From a virus (Duplodnaviria > Caudoviricetes), in the IMG/VR virus record IMGVR_UViG_3300038406_000064, positions 1 to 31,688 of that record: a DNA stretch of 31,688 nt; one strand, given 5' to 3'. Below, one piece after another: positions 9,082 to 17,354 of the stretch. A model generated the notes under the pieces. It saw nothing but the letters and a program-made list of their open reading frames with translations. It did not search any database and was not told where the DNA came from. How positions within the stretch are numbered: the stretch's first letter is position 1; every line of letters starts with the position of its first letter. Made by a program: the position numbers and the translations under genes.

Positions 9082-9528
9082 TCAGACTACTTCAATCGAG
9101 ACGATATCGAGATAGCTTTGAGTCTTCTCTTTGTTCTGGCGGACTTTGGTAACAACTACAACTTCCGCGCCGTTGCTCTGTTCCACAACTTCTGCAACTT
9201 TGGTAACTCCGTAGTGGGCAGCGAGAGGTTTCACCAGTTCCTTAAACTTGCCTTGGCCAAACTCATTGTCCATCATGTAAGCTACAGAGCTTTCGGTTCC
9301 AGCTTCCGGAGCAACTTCCGCTGCATCTGTAAGTTCCAGAGTTTCTTGCAACTTGAGCCCAAGTTCCCAAGCAGGGTGAGTACCGATCATCTTCTTTTCG
9401 AGCTTCATAATACAGCGATGGGCACCGGCCGGAAACACTTTGAACTCAGGAAGATCAGCAAGATCATCAAGGTCCATATCAAGCAGGGAGTCAAGATCAG
9501 CGGAGTTGGAGTTTGCATTTGCGTTCAT
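9082..9528 (-). CDS. Probable single-stranded DNA-binding protein (DUF669-like)
   Basis: DLPEFKVFPAG-x-H-x-C motif and a beta-rich pattern. It sits in a Sak4/Cas4-like module, which usually includes an SSB, and has C-ending, high-expression-type codons. Confidence 0.6.
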   Translation of the reverse strand: MNANANSNSADLDSLLDMDLDDLADLPEFKVFPAGAHRCIMKLEKKMIGTHPAWELGLKLQETLELTDAAEVAPEAGTESSVAYMMDNEFGQGKFKELVKPLAAHYGVTKVAEVVEQSNGAEVVVVTKVRQNKEKTQSYLDIVSIEVV

Positions 9529-9571
9529 GATTCTATTTCCTTTAAAGAAAGTAAAGTAAGAAGGGAGAGTA

Positions 9572-10201
9572 TTACTGTGCTACTTGGCATCGAATAAACT
9601 TCTCTGCCTCTTGGTGCAACTCTGCAATAGTGCCAGAGTTTATTACATGGAAAACAGAGTTGCGTCCGATTGGATACACCAGTGTTTCCCAGTTAATCCC
9701 GTTCTTAGAAGGGTGATTAGGAATTCCGACATTACCATCATTGCCCGGTCTTGTCAAGCGAATTAATATCCCTCCCATACTGAGAATCCATTGAGCCTCA
9801 TTTTGAAATCGAACATCTGAGATTACAGCTTTGAACTCTTCTTTTATATTAGCGTCTTGTACCATCTGGTAGTTGAGACGAGAAATCCAATGAGATTCTC
9901 CTAGATGCTCTCTCACTAGCTCTGTACCTACAAACTGTGCCATTTCTGTAGGAGTCTTATTCCAGTAAGGGATACGTTCGTTTTTTAGTTCTCGCCTGTG
10001 GAAGTTTGCAATATTGATTCCGTAAAGGTGGGCACAGGCTTCCTTGAGAGGATTAGCAAAAGCATACTGACGGAATCCGTGGTTATGGAAAGGCTCTGCG
10101 AATGTATCTTTGCCTGCCCCGGAATCTCCACAAAGCCCAATGATTCCAAAAGGAGTAGAACCTACGGAGGATACACGATGTTTAAAGTCTTGGGAGGCCA
10201 T
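9572..10201 (-). CDS. Deoxynucleoside monophosphate kinase
   Basis: IIGLCGDSGAGKDT P-loop, FANPLKE, QFVGTELVR and VISDVRFQNEA, typical of phage dNMP kinases. Confidence 0.88.
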   Translation of the reverse strand: MASQDFKHRVSSVGSTPFGIIGLCGDSGAGKDTFAEPFHNHGFRQYAFANPLKEACAHLYGINIANFHRRELKNERIPYWNKTPTEMAQFVGTELVREHLGESHWISRLNYQMVQDANIKEEFKAVISDVRFQNEAQWILSMGGILIRLTRPGNDGNVGIPNHPSKNGINWETLVYPIGRNSVFHVINSGTIAELHQEAEKFIRCQVAQ

Positions 10202-10206
10202 GAGAG

Positions 10207-11103
10207 TTATTTCCTTAGCAGTGAATTTCTGAGATTCCCGATTGCAGTTTGTGCTGGCGACTTATCTCCAGACTCTTCTACTATTACACTTGCCGGCGCC
10301 CCACTAGAAGCAACTGCCGGAACTAGCTGCTCTTTAAATATATCTAGTAGAGTCGGTACTGTACCAGCTTCTAATACAACATCAGTGCGAGAGCCAGTAA
10401 GAATATTATTAGCGTAAGTGGTACTACTGGCAAAGTTATGCTTACGATTCTTGACCTCACAGTAAACTACATGGTCAAAGTATTTCGCCGTGTTGCGGGA
10501 GAAAGCAGTAGTGCCACAAACGGGTACGAGTTTCTTTCTTCCGTCTTCGAGTTCAGTTTCTACAACATGAGTGATACAGACAATGTTGTATTTTGCTTGC
10601 TGTACTTGAGAAAGAAACTTATCCAGCAGTTGTCCTTGGTTCCGATAGTCAGTCCACTCCGGTCTATACGTATCATCTTGACCCTTAGTTAAATGGTTCA
10701 TTGCAGAGTTGGAAAGTTGGGTGAGAGAATCCACTATCACAATCCAATCATCGGTAAGCGCATTGAGTTCAACCGCAGATACCGGGTCTCCGGCTTTCTT
10801 ACACAAAGCGCACTGAACTTTGCCATGAGCCTCACATATTTCAACTCTATTTCCTGTGACGACCTTGAGCATTGTCTCAATTGCGATTGGAAATACTTTG
10901 GTGTCCGGTATGGAAACAATCTCAACTCTCTCTTGCCATTCATGTGGGAATTTGAGTAGAGTTTCATAGCCATTCTCCAAGTCGAAAAATAGAATATTGT
11001 ATTGAGAAGCTAAGCGAGCGGCAAGTTCAGTTTTACCTGACTTTGGCTCGCCGTAGATTAGCACTCGGTGGGTGGAAGATTTCTTTTTGTCGGTGAGTTT
11101 CAT
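10207..11103 (-). CDS. AAA_24/Sak4-like ATPase (single-strand annealing recombinase)
   Basis: VLIYGEPKSGKT Walker A, FDLENG, IVIVDSLT Walker B, VCITH and YFDHV. Confidence 0.8.
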   Translation of the reverse strand: MKLTDKKKSSTHRVLIYGEPKSGKTELAARLASQYNILFFDLENGYETLLKFPHEWQERVEIVSIPDTKVFPIAIETMLKVVTGNRVEICEAHGKVQCALCKKAGDPVSAVELNALTDDWIVIVDSLTQLSNSAMNHLTKGQDDTYRPEWTDYRNQGQLLDKFLSQVQQAKYNIVCITHVVETELEDGRKKLVPVCGTTAFSRNTAKYFDHVVYCEVKNRKHNFASSTTYANNILTGSRTDVVLEAGTVPTLLDIFKEQLVPAVASSGAPASVIVEESGDKSPAQTAIGNLRNSLLRK

Positions 11104-11252
11104 TTCGAAAGTACCTTCACTAGAGTTTCAGTTTTAGCTTCTGTTAGCAACAACTTGAGGTCATTTCTGCCCCAGTTAGTTTTTGCTTCAAGCGCTTTCT
11201 CTATCTGCTTCTTGTACTCTTCCAGTACTTGGACTAGTTCTTGTGGGTCCAT
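11100..11252 (-). CDS. Small hypothetical protein (50 aa, MDPQELVQVLEEYKKQ...), not in the ORF track
   Basis: SD AGGAG and ATG at 11252. The TGA overlaps the next ATG (ATGA) and the ORF fills the gap exactly. Confidence 0.75.
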   Translation of the reverse strand: MDPQELVQVLEEYKKQIEKALEAKTNWGRNDLKLLLTEAKTETLVKVLSK

Positions 11253-11261
11253 TTCAAACTC

Positions 11262-11468
11262 CTACAGTAATTTGTCTGTTATGCGGCTGAGGGCGTAGGT
11301 AAGTTTCGCATTTGCTAGAGCTAAATCTGCAACTGCGCGAGAGATTTCTACAATTCCAAGCTGCCGTTGAGCTAGCAACTCTTTCTTAGCTTCTTCTTTG
11401 CCTCGGAACTTACCGGCGTCAATTCCTGCTTCAAAAGCCTCGGTTAATTGCTTCCTTGAGATTGTCAT
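11262..11468 (-). CDS. Hypothetical helical protein (68 aa)
   Basis: SD AGGAG and tight operon packing. Confidence 0.75.
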   Translation of the reverse strand: MTISRKQLTEAFEAGIDAGKFRGKEEAKKELLAQRQLGIVEISRAVADLALANAKLTYALSRITDKLL

Positions 11469-11488
11469 TTCAAATTCTCCTATATCTA

Positions 11489-12409
11489 CTATAAGTCTTT
11501 AGCCAATTGGCTCTTAATTAAATCCTCAACTCCAACTACTATTTGGTACTCAGCCTCTCTCTTATCTAGCTCTAATTCTTCTTCTGCTGAGAGAGGTTTA
11601 GTTAAACGAGCAGTACTCAATGTGCAGGTTTGCAGATACTCGCACTCCCGAAAGAAAGGCAAACAACTTTCTCCATGCATTGGATATACTCCGGCCCCCT
11701 CGTAGAGAGTTATTAGTTCACAGTCCAATAGCAACTCTTGAATCCAAAGTGCTCTCTGCAAATAAGACTTTCTAAACGGCAACTGCTCATAGCTCATTGC
11801 TTTGGAGAGATACACTAGATACATAACCTCGTAAGAGGAGAGTTCTGGAAACAGGTGGTCTAGAACTACAGAGTAACCTACTGCTTGGGCTGAGTTTTTA
11901 TAACTAGCCTGATTTAAATTGGTAGCACTGGAGGTTTTAACTTCTAATACCATAATGCGGCCATCCACTTTGTTTCTCAGTACCGCGTCAACAAATCCAC
12001 GATATCGGAAACCATTAGGAAGAATCACTGCGAAACTAAGTTCACAGGCCGGCTTATCTTCGTGATATACAAGTTCCCAGTCAGAAAGAAAACCATTGAA
12101 TCGCAGAGATACAAACTGCTGTACCGCTGCTACCGCTAGCCAGAAAGATTTGTTTTGTTTTGGATTGTCTGCGTAGAGATCAGGTTTCCAGAAGAGAAAC
12201 AGTTGCCAAAGAATCTCAGATTCAGTTTTACCCTCTAGGTGCAACTGGATTCCTAAACCTACTAAGTGTCCATAAGCAAATGTAACTGAGGATTCCAGAG
12301 AGTCTTCACTGTCTGGAGTTGCATTTAGTTTATGGAGTTGGAATCGCCTAGGACAAGAGTGCAGATCGAGGCGAGAGGAGTAGGAAAGATTTAAGATTCT
12401 TTTGTCCAT
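11489..12409 (-). CDS. Cas4/AddB-like PD-(D/E)XK exonuclease
   Basis: LSYSS...CPRR, GFVD...EVKT and QAVGY motifs. Three C-terminal Cys plus one N-terminal Cys give the Fe-S staple pattern. Confidence 0.85.
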   Translation of the reverse strand: MDKRILNLSYSSRLDLHSCPRRFQLHKLNATPDSEDSLESSVTFAYGHLVGLGIQLHLEGKTESEILWQLFLFWKPDLYADNPKQNKSFWLAVAAVQQFVSLRFNGFLSDWELVYHEDKPACELSFAVILPNGFRYRGFVDAVLRNKVDGRIMVLEVKTSSATNLNQASYKNSAQAVGYSVVLDHLFPELSSYEVMYLVYLSKAMSYEQLPFRKSYLQRALWIQELLLDCELITLYEGAGVYPMHGESCLPFFRECEYLQTCTLSTARLTKPLSAEEELELDKREAEYQIVVGVEDLIKSQLAKDL

Positions 12410-12777
12410 AATTTTCTAGCCTCTGAAATGGTGAGAAGTAAGAGAGCAAAGCGATCTATTTGCGGTCTGCTCTCGTCTAAATTAGTTCCGAATCTGAGAT
12501 ACCGGTAGAGTTGAAATGCGGTTTCATTAACCAGATTCCACTGCTGGTAAGAGAAACACATGGGGCGAAATCTCAACTCGCTAGGGAATGCTGGCAACGG
12601 GGCAGTTACTTCTAAATTCCCTAGCCAATCTTGTACCTCACAAACTGTGGGGTGAAACAATTTTGCCACTATCGCAAGTCGTATAGTGGCAATCTGTTCT
12701 TCATTTCCTAATATTCTTGGTGCTTGAGGGAGCCTAGCTAGAGAGGCCCGCAATCTCTCAGTTATATCTGGAGCCAT
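12391..12777 (-). CDS. Hypothetical protein (128 aa)
   Basis: Co-oriented ORF packed between its neighbours. Confidence 0.65.
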   Translation of the reverse strand: MAPDITERLRASLARLPQAPRILGNEEQIATIRLAIVAKLFHPTVCEVQDWLGNLEVTAPLPAFPSELRFRPMCFSYQQWNLVNETAFQLYRYLRFGTNLDESRPQIDRFALLLLTISEARKLWTKES

Positions 12778-12784
12778 AGCAGAC

Positions 12785-13045
12785 TCAGAGATCAGCGAGA
12801 GTCATTGATTTAATTGATTTCTTATTACTCTTGAGAGCGGTAGTTGCGATTTCTGTAGCAGTTTGTTTTTTAAGCCCTGAGACAATAGTGCAGATTTCTT
12901 CTTCGGAAAGCAGAGTTACTTGCTCCGGATATGACTTGAGGGTTGCATGAATTTCTCTCAGAAGAGTTGGCATCTGAGGATGTTGAGAAAGTAGTTGCTC
13001 TTGGAGAGAAGCTATTTTCTCTTTGATCTGAGTTGAGATATCCAT
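12785..13045 (-). CDS. Hypothetical protein (86 aa)
   Basis: Co-oriented ORF with 4-7 nt gaps to its neighbours. Confidence 0.75.
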   Translation of the reverse strand: MDISTQIKEKIASLQEQLLSQHPQMPTLLREIHATLKSYPEQVTLLSEEEICTIVSGLKKQTATEIATTALKSNKKSIKSMTLADL

Positions 13046-13049
13046 AGTA

Positions 13050-13268
13050 TTACACTAGTCCTTTCTTAGTTGCGATCCAGAGAGATACTACTAGAGTATC
13101 TTCCCCTTCTATTTTGGAGCGATGAATGGAATGAACTGTAGAAAGAGGGAACCAGATAGACTCTGTAGTTCCCTCTGGAGAATTGTGAGAGATTAGAATT
13201 GCGGCTCCAGTTTCTCGAAGAATAGTACCTTTGATTTCTATTTTCTCAGGCGTTGTTTTCCAGTTCAT
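13050..13268 (-). CDS. Hypothetical beta-rich protein (72 aa)
   Basis: Co-oriented ORF with a RETGAAILI...WFPLS pattern seen in small phage proteins. Confidence 0.75.
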   Translation of the reverse strand: MNWKTTPEKIEIKGTILRETGAAILISHNSPEGTTESIWFPLSTVHSIHRSKIEGEDTLVVSLWIATKKGLV

Positions 13269-13283
13269 TTAGAATTCTTCTCT

Positions 13284-13529
13284 CTAAAGCCATTTCGAAT
13301 TAATCGGCAAGTGCAATGTAACTGTCAGTATACTTCCCTCGGATTTAAATCTCAAATGAGGGCGAAGATTCTTCTCTGACATTAATAGTTTGAATCCAAG
13401 ATCAATATCTTTTCTCTTAATTATTGCTCTCCGAAGTCGCCTGTGTGCCTCAGCTGGCGCAGTTAAGCGGACAACTCTATCTTGCTTTAGTTTGATCCAG
13501 ATACAGGAGTAGCGAGATTGGAGAGACAT
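13284..13529 (-). CDS. Hypothetical basic protein (81 aa), possibly nucleic-acid binding
   Basis: Very Arg/Lys-rich and co-oriented. Confidence 0.7.
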   Translation of the reverse strand: MSLQSRYSCIWIKLKQDRVVRLTAPAEAHRRLRRAIIKRKDIDLGFKLLMSEKNLRPHLRFKSEGSILTVTLHLPINSKWL

Positions 13530-13533
13530 AATA

Positions 13534-13731
13534 TTACACAGCTTTCTTTCTAGCGGGAACGAGGGTAAAGCCGGTCATATTAAAGCAATTAACATATTTA
13601 CCCCTCGGTAATTTTTCATTGCCCTTTGTAATTAAGGCGTGAGCGGCAAAACTAGGATCACAAGATGCGAAGATAACTTTAATTCTAACTGAGTTATCCT
13701 TGTTTTTATATATCCTATTATCTAGTAACAT
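13534..13731 (-). CDS. Hypothetical protein (65 aa)
   Basis: The ATG at 13731 is preceded by AAAGGA. The GTG start at 13794 lies inside an RNA hairpin and has no SD. Confidence 0.65.
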   Translation of the reverse strand: MLLDNRIYKNKDNSVRIKVIFASCDPSFAAHALITKGNEKLPRGKYVNCFNMTGFTLVPARKKAV

Positions 13732-13773
13732 AGTGGTTCCTTTGGAAGAGTTATGATTGGTTGCTACTGTTCT

Positions 13774-14399
13774 AATATCTACTCGGAAGCACACACCAGA
13801 GCTAATTTAGGGGTCTCTTTAGTGTACTAACGGCTAGATACTGTGGGAGTCGTAGGTTCTTTTCAAGTGGTTTATATCCAGAGCTAGTGGAACTCAACCC
13901 GCTTACTACTTCTACACTTCGTTATCTAACTACCTGCGCAGGGTTCTTATTGAAAACATAAAGGGAAGCCACGTCCCGATGCACCCTACAATCAGCGTGG
14001 CAATCCTTTAGATTCTCAACTTCACATATTTGAAATCTCCGGGAATTTTAGGGAATAAAGATTTAGTTAGGGATGCTAGCTTTTACGAGAGCTAGCGAAC
14101 TCGAAGGGCCAGTATGGCAGAAGTATGTAGTCTTATCGGATTAACTACTATCCATCTAGGTCTTTCGGATCGCCAAGTCATTTCTCGGAATCTCCTAAGT
14201 TAGGGTTCTAGAACTATCTTATCCATAACAAATCAAAGTAAGTTTGGAACAATTTCAATATTGAAGAGCCCACTACTCCGCGGTATTTTCGTCGCATCAC
14301 CTCAGTTCGTGCCTAGGATTGCTGAGGGTAGTTTGTAACTACTTTCGTTGCAGTAGTGGTCTCAAGATTACCGACTAATTATTTCTAACTAATCGGTAA
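13774..14399 (-). ncRNA. Candidate structured non-coding RNA or cluster of RNAs
   Basis: No long ORF on either strand. At least five adjacent stem-loop or multibranch elements, several with G-U pairs that work only on the minus strand, and one GAAA tetraloop. No family recognised. Confidence 0.6.
14092..14181 (-). CDS. Possible 29-aa peptide MTWRSERPRWIVVNPIRLHTSAILALRVR
   Basis: AGGAG lies 10 nt before the ATG. The TAG stop is embedded in a hairpin. Confidence 0.4.
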   Translation of the reverse strand: MTWRSERPRWIVVNPIRLHTSAILALRVR

Positions 14400-14435
14400 G
14401 GTTTGAAACTACTCTCTAGCTATATCTGCTAAATC

Positions 14436-15113
14436 CTAGAGATTCGCCAACAAAGCTGCGTCGTCCATCTTGAGGAAAGTATCAGCCTTATCAGCCAAGA
14501 AACTAATACAGTCCGAGAACTCTTCTGCCTTCGGAGCATTGGCGGCGTAAATAGCCAACTGATCTTTGAGCAACTGGAGAACAACTTTGTTGGTCTTGAT
14601 CTGTTGGAACTTGTTGAGAAGAATCTTGGAAGCATTGGTAACTTGCTCCAAAGATTTGCCAGTGGCGCCTGGCATAACTGCGATGTAATCCTTGCCAAAC
14701 TCTTCCCACTGTTCTTTGGCAATACCGCCGCCGCGACGTTCCGCTTTCGGCAGATTGGCAATAACTTCCCAGTTCAGTTGGTCATAAGGGAAGTTCTCGG
14801 CATTGATATCTTCCCGCTCTGAAACAATCTCGCGAGCGCGTTGGATTTGAACTTCGCGAATCGCTTCGACAATAAGTTCAAGGCGCTTACCGCCGGCTTC
14901 GAACTCTTTGACGATGCCCTCAACTGAGAGCAACGGAAGTTCAAGTTCAACTGACGGCCGCTTGGTTTCAACTTCCAGTCCGGTAACTTCATCTTTAGTA
15001 ACGATCTTGCGGAAGTTGAATTTGGTTGCGACCTTATCGACCGTGTTATCGAAGTTGGCGGCTACCGCTTTAGTTTCTTGAGCTTGCTCTTGCATTTCGT
15101 TTGCTTCGTTCAT
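14436..15113 (-). CDS. Hypothetical protein (225 aa), probably highly expressed
   Basis: SD AGGAG before the ATG at 15113 (MNEANEMQ). The listed TTG start at 15212 is the -35 box of its promoter. Strong C-ending codon bias. Confidence 0.88.
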   Translation of the reverse strand: MNEANEMQEQAQETKAVAANFDNTVDKVATKFNFRKIVTKDEVTGLEVETKRPSVELELPLLSVEGIVKEFEAGGKRLELIVEAIREVQIQRAREIVSEREDINAENFPYDQLNWEVIANLPKAERRGGGIAKEQWEEFGKDYIAVMPGATGKSLEQVTNASKILLNKFQQIKTNKVVLQLLKDQLAIYAANAPKAEEFSDCISFLADKADTFLKMDDAALLANL

Positions 15114-15183
15114 TTTGATACTCCTAAAAGGATTGTGATTAGGTGGAAAGGTTTTGAACAGACCTTGCCTAACTGTTGGAGCC

Positions 15184-15212
15184 AGTATAGGGGCAGCGGG
15201 AAATGGTGTCAA
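15184..15212 (-). promoter_or_regulatory. Sigma70 promoter for the 225-aa gene
   Basis: TTGACA-17 nt-TATACT on the minus strand. Confidence 0.9.
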
Positions 15213-15266
15213 GCCCCTCTCAGGATTCTGGTAAGAAGAGGTTACCCATTAGATTAGTTAATCTCT

Positions 15267-16925
15267 CTAGTATACTCCTCCGTTAGTTTCCAATTTTCCC
15301 ATGAAGAACTGGGCTTTCTCCGCGAGAGTATTACCTTTTATTCTCTGTGAAGCTACTCCTTTCTCAAAAGAATCTGGCTCACAAATTACATAGAGCTCTT
15401 TTGCTGCTCTAGTTACCGCAGTATAAAGCAACTCTCTTTGTATCATTGTTGCATGAGATTGCTGCAATACTAGAAATACTTTATCCCACTCTGAGCCTTG
15501 GGACTTATGAATGGTGAGAGCATAAGAGATTAGAAGAGAGTTGAGATCAGCAGCTGAAGTCATCTCTACATATTGCCCTGAGTCTTGCAATTGCACTGTT
15601 ACTTTATGGGAAGCCGCTCTAACTCTCTCATCATCTTTACCAGTAAATGAAGCCATCTGGTCTAACATGAAATCAATTTCTTCTTCTTGAAGCGAGATTT
15701 GTTCTTGAGTTCTAGGAGTAGAATTAAATCCCCAATAATCCAGAGTTACTGATTCTTTCTGAGGTTTCTTTCCTAGATAAGTAGGATTGATTTCTATTTC
15801 TGTAATCACCGCGTCCTCTTTATCGTAAAGAACTTTATCTCCGACTGAGAAATAGAGCTTATTGAAACCTGCAATTACTTCCCAGACTGGCCGCCCAGCT
15901 TTCTTAGCTACGTGGTTTGCAATGTGGCGATTGATTTCAATGGTTCCAAACGCTTTATTAAATGGAACCAGAATACAATCAGTCTCGGTATTATATCCAC
16001 CTTGATCTAGAGCAGTGGTGCAGAACTTACAGAAAGTATGCAATGCGACTTCTGAGTGCAATTTCTTTTTCCAAGGATGGAATGTTATTTTACCTCTGGA
16101 AGTTTCTTCCACAAGTTTTTCTGGAACTGAGAATTGTATTCCGTCTTTAATTTGAGTCGCATATTTGATAATAGGTGACTCTAAAGCTTGGCGATATACT
16201 TGAGTTAGTTCCACAGTAGGTAACTCTAACATTTTGTAGCCTAGAATAGCAGAGCCAAATACAGGAGGTAACTGCTGAATATCCCCTAGAAATATCCACT
16301 GCACTCCATGAGGTAAAGCAGATTCTAGTTCTCGAAATAGTTCCACCGATACCATTGAGGATTCATCAATTATGATTGTTTTAATTGTGGAAGGTAGAGG
16401 GCGGAAAGCATTTCGAGTTGCTACAAATCTCATAGATGTTTTAGTCTCTCCAGTTACTGGATCATCTATCTCAAAGTAGTCTGGCTGATACTCTAGCAAT
16501 TTGTGAATGGTGATACAGTTATCAGTCATTCCGGCCGGCATTGCTTTACGGAGATTAGAGACTGCGCGACGAGTATAAGAACAGGCTACGATTCCAGAAG
16601 TTCCAGAGTTGAGATATTTATGGCCTCCGGTATCTTGCATAATTGGAATCGAGCCAGATTGAATGAGAGAAGTTATAGCTCCCATCATACAAGTGGTTTT
16701 ACCTGTACCTGCCGCCCCAATTAGAATGCAGGATTTGAGAAGGGTTGCGAGAGTAATGAAATCAGTTTGTTCTTTATTGTAAGTGATTGCTTCTCCGTGC
16801 TTTCCGATTCCAGAAATAGCCTGAGATATTGGAGTAGGAGCAGAGGGAGAAGCAGAGAGTTTTGCGGCTCTTACTTTCGCTAACAGTTCTGCCATTCTGT
16901 CTTTAGAAATAGTTGGAGTTGCCAT
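15267..16925 (-). CDS. RecD/Dda-like SF1B DNA helicase
   Basis: GAAGTGKTT, IIIDESSMV, GDIQQLPPV, YRQ, YALTIHKSQGSEW and YTAVTRA. Confidence 0.93.
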   Translation of the reverse strand: MATPTISKDRMAELLAKVRAAKLSASPSAPTPISQAISGIGKHGEAITYNKEQTDFITLATLLKSCILIGAAGTGKTTCMMGAITSLIQSGSIPIMQDTGGHKYLNSGTSGIVACSYTRRAVSNLRKAMPAGMTDNCITIHKLLEYQPDYFEIDDPVTGETKTSMRFVATRNAFRPLPSTIKTIIIDESSMVSVELFRELESALPHGVQWIFLGDIQQLPPVFGSAILGYKMLELPTVELTQVYRQALESPIIKYATQIKDGIQFSVPEKLVEETSRGKITFHPWKKKLHSEVALHTFCKFCTTALDQGGYNTETDCILVPFNKAFGTIEINRHIANHVAKKAGRPVWEVIAGFNKLYFSVGDKVLYDKEDAVITEIEINPTYLGKKPQKESVTLDYWGFNSTPRTQEQISLQEEEIDFMLDQMASFTGKDDERVRAASHKVTVQLQDSGQYVEMTSAADLNSLLISYALTIHKSQGSEWDKVFLVLQQSHATMIQRELLYTAVTRAAKELYVICEPDSFEKGVASQRIKGNTLAEKAQFFMGKLETNGGVY

Positions 16926-16980
16926 TACTAGAATCTCCTTTGCGCTGTGGGATGTAATGGATGTTGCCTAGAGAATGATA

Positions 16981-17009
16981 AGTAAAGCACATAGCTAGAG
17001 ATTTGTCAA
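16981..17009 (-). promoter_or_regulatory. Sigma70 promoter upstream of the helicase gene
   Basis: TTGACA-17 nt-TTTACT with an extended -10 TG. The -10 box is imperfect. Confidence 0.6.
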
Positions 17010-17039
17010 GTGCTTTACGTATTTTCCTAGAGTAAAGAG

Positions 17040-17354
17040 TTAAACTGTTGAGTTCCTTGGAACATAAACTACTGTTGTTGATCCATCATATTCGTGTATA
17101 TAGATTACCTTAGAGGCTGTCCAAGCAGTTATGAAATGGCAATCAGATCCGCCAAAGCCAGAGTTCCAAGTATAGTCAAGATACTTAGCGCCCTCTTCCC
17201 AAGATAATATCTTATTTAGTTTATCCTCTGGTATATCTCTGCTATCTTTACCTTCGTAACAGTAAATGTTTTCTTCTCCTAAGTTGATAGCTTCAATCGG
17301 CTCTCCGTCTGCTACCGCGAGGATTTCTGATTTAAGTGTAATTTGTGCGTTCAT
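17040..17354 (-). CDS. Hypothetical protein (104 aa)
   Basis: The start MNAQIT overlaps the upstream stop (ATGA). Contains LDYTWNSGFGGSDC...AWT...YDG. Confidence 0.75.
   Translation of the reverse strand: MNAQITLKSEILAVADGEPIEAINLGEENIYCYEGKDSRDIPEDKLNKILSWEEGAKYLDYTWNSGFGGSDCHFITAWTASKVIYIHEYDGSTTVVYVPRNSTV

Noticed and set aside
8776-9597. 273-aa plus-strand ORF
   Set aside because: Antisense shadow of the codon-biased SSB-like gene and its neighbour, with no SD or motifs.
11489-12409. CRISPR-Cas association of the Cas4-like gene
   Set aside because: No other cas genes or array are present. Solo Cas4-like nucleases are common in phage recombination modules.
13745-14435. tRNA genes, CRISPR or TIGR-like array, or hammerhead ribozyme
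   Set aside because: No T-loop or CCA consensus, no regularly spaced repeats, and no CUGANGA core (the closest is CUGAGGU).
15114-15212. 33-aa N-terminal extension of the 14436 ORF
   Set aside because: The TTG start is the -35 box of the promoter. The SD-supported ATG is at 15113.
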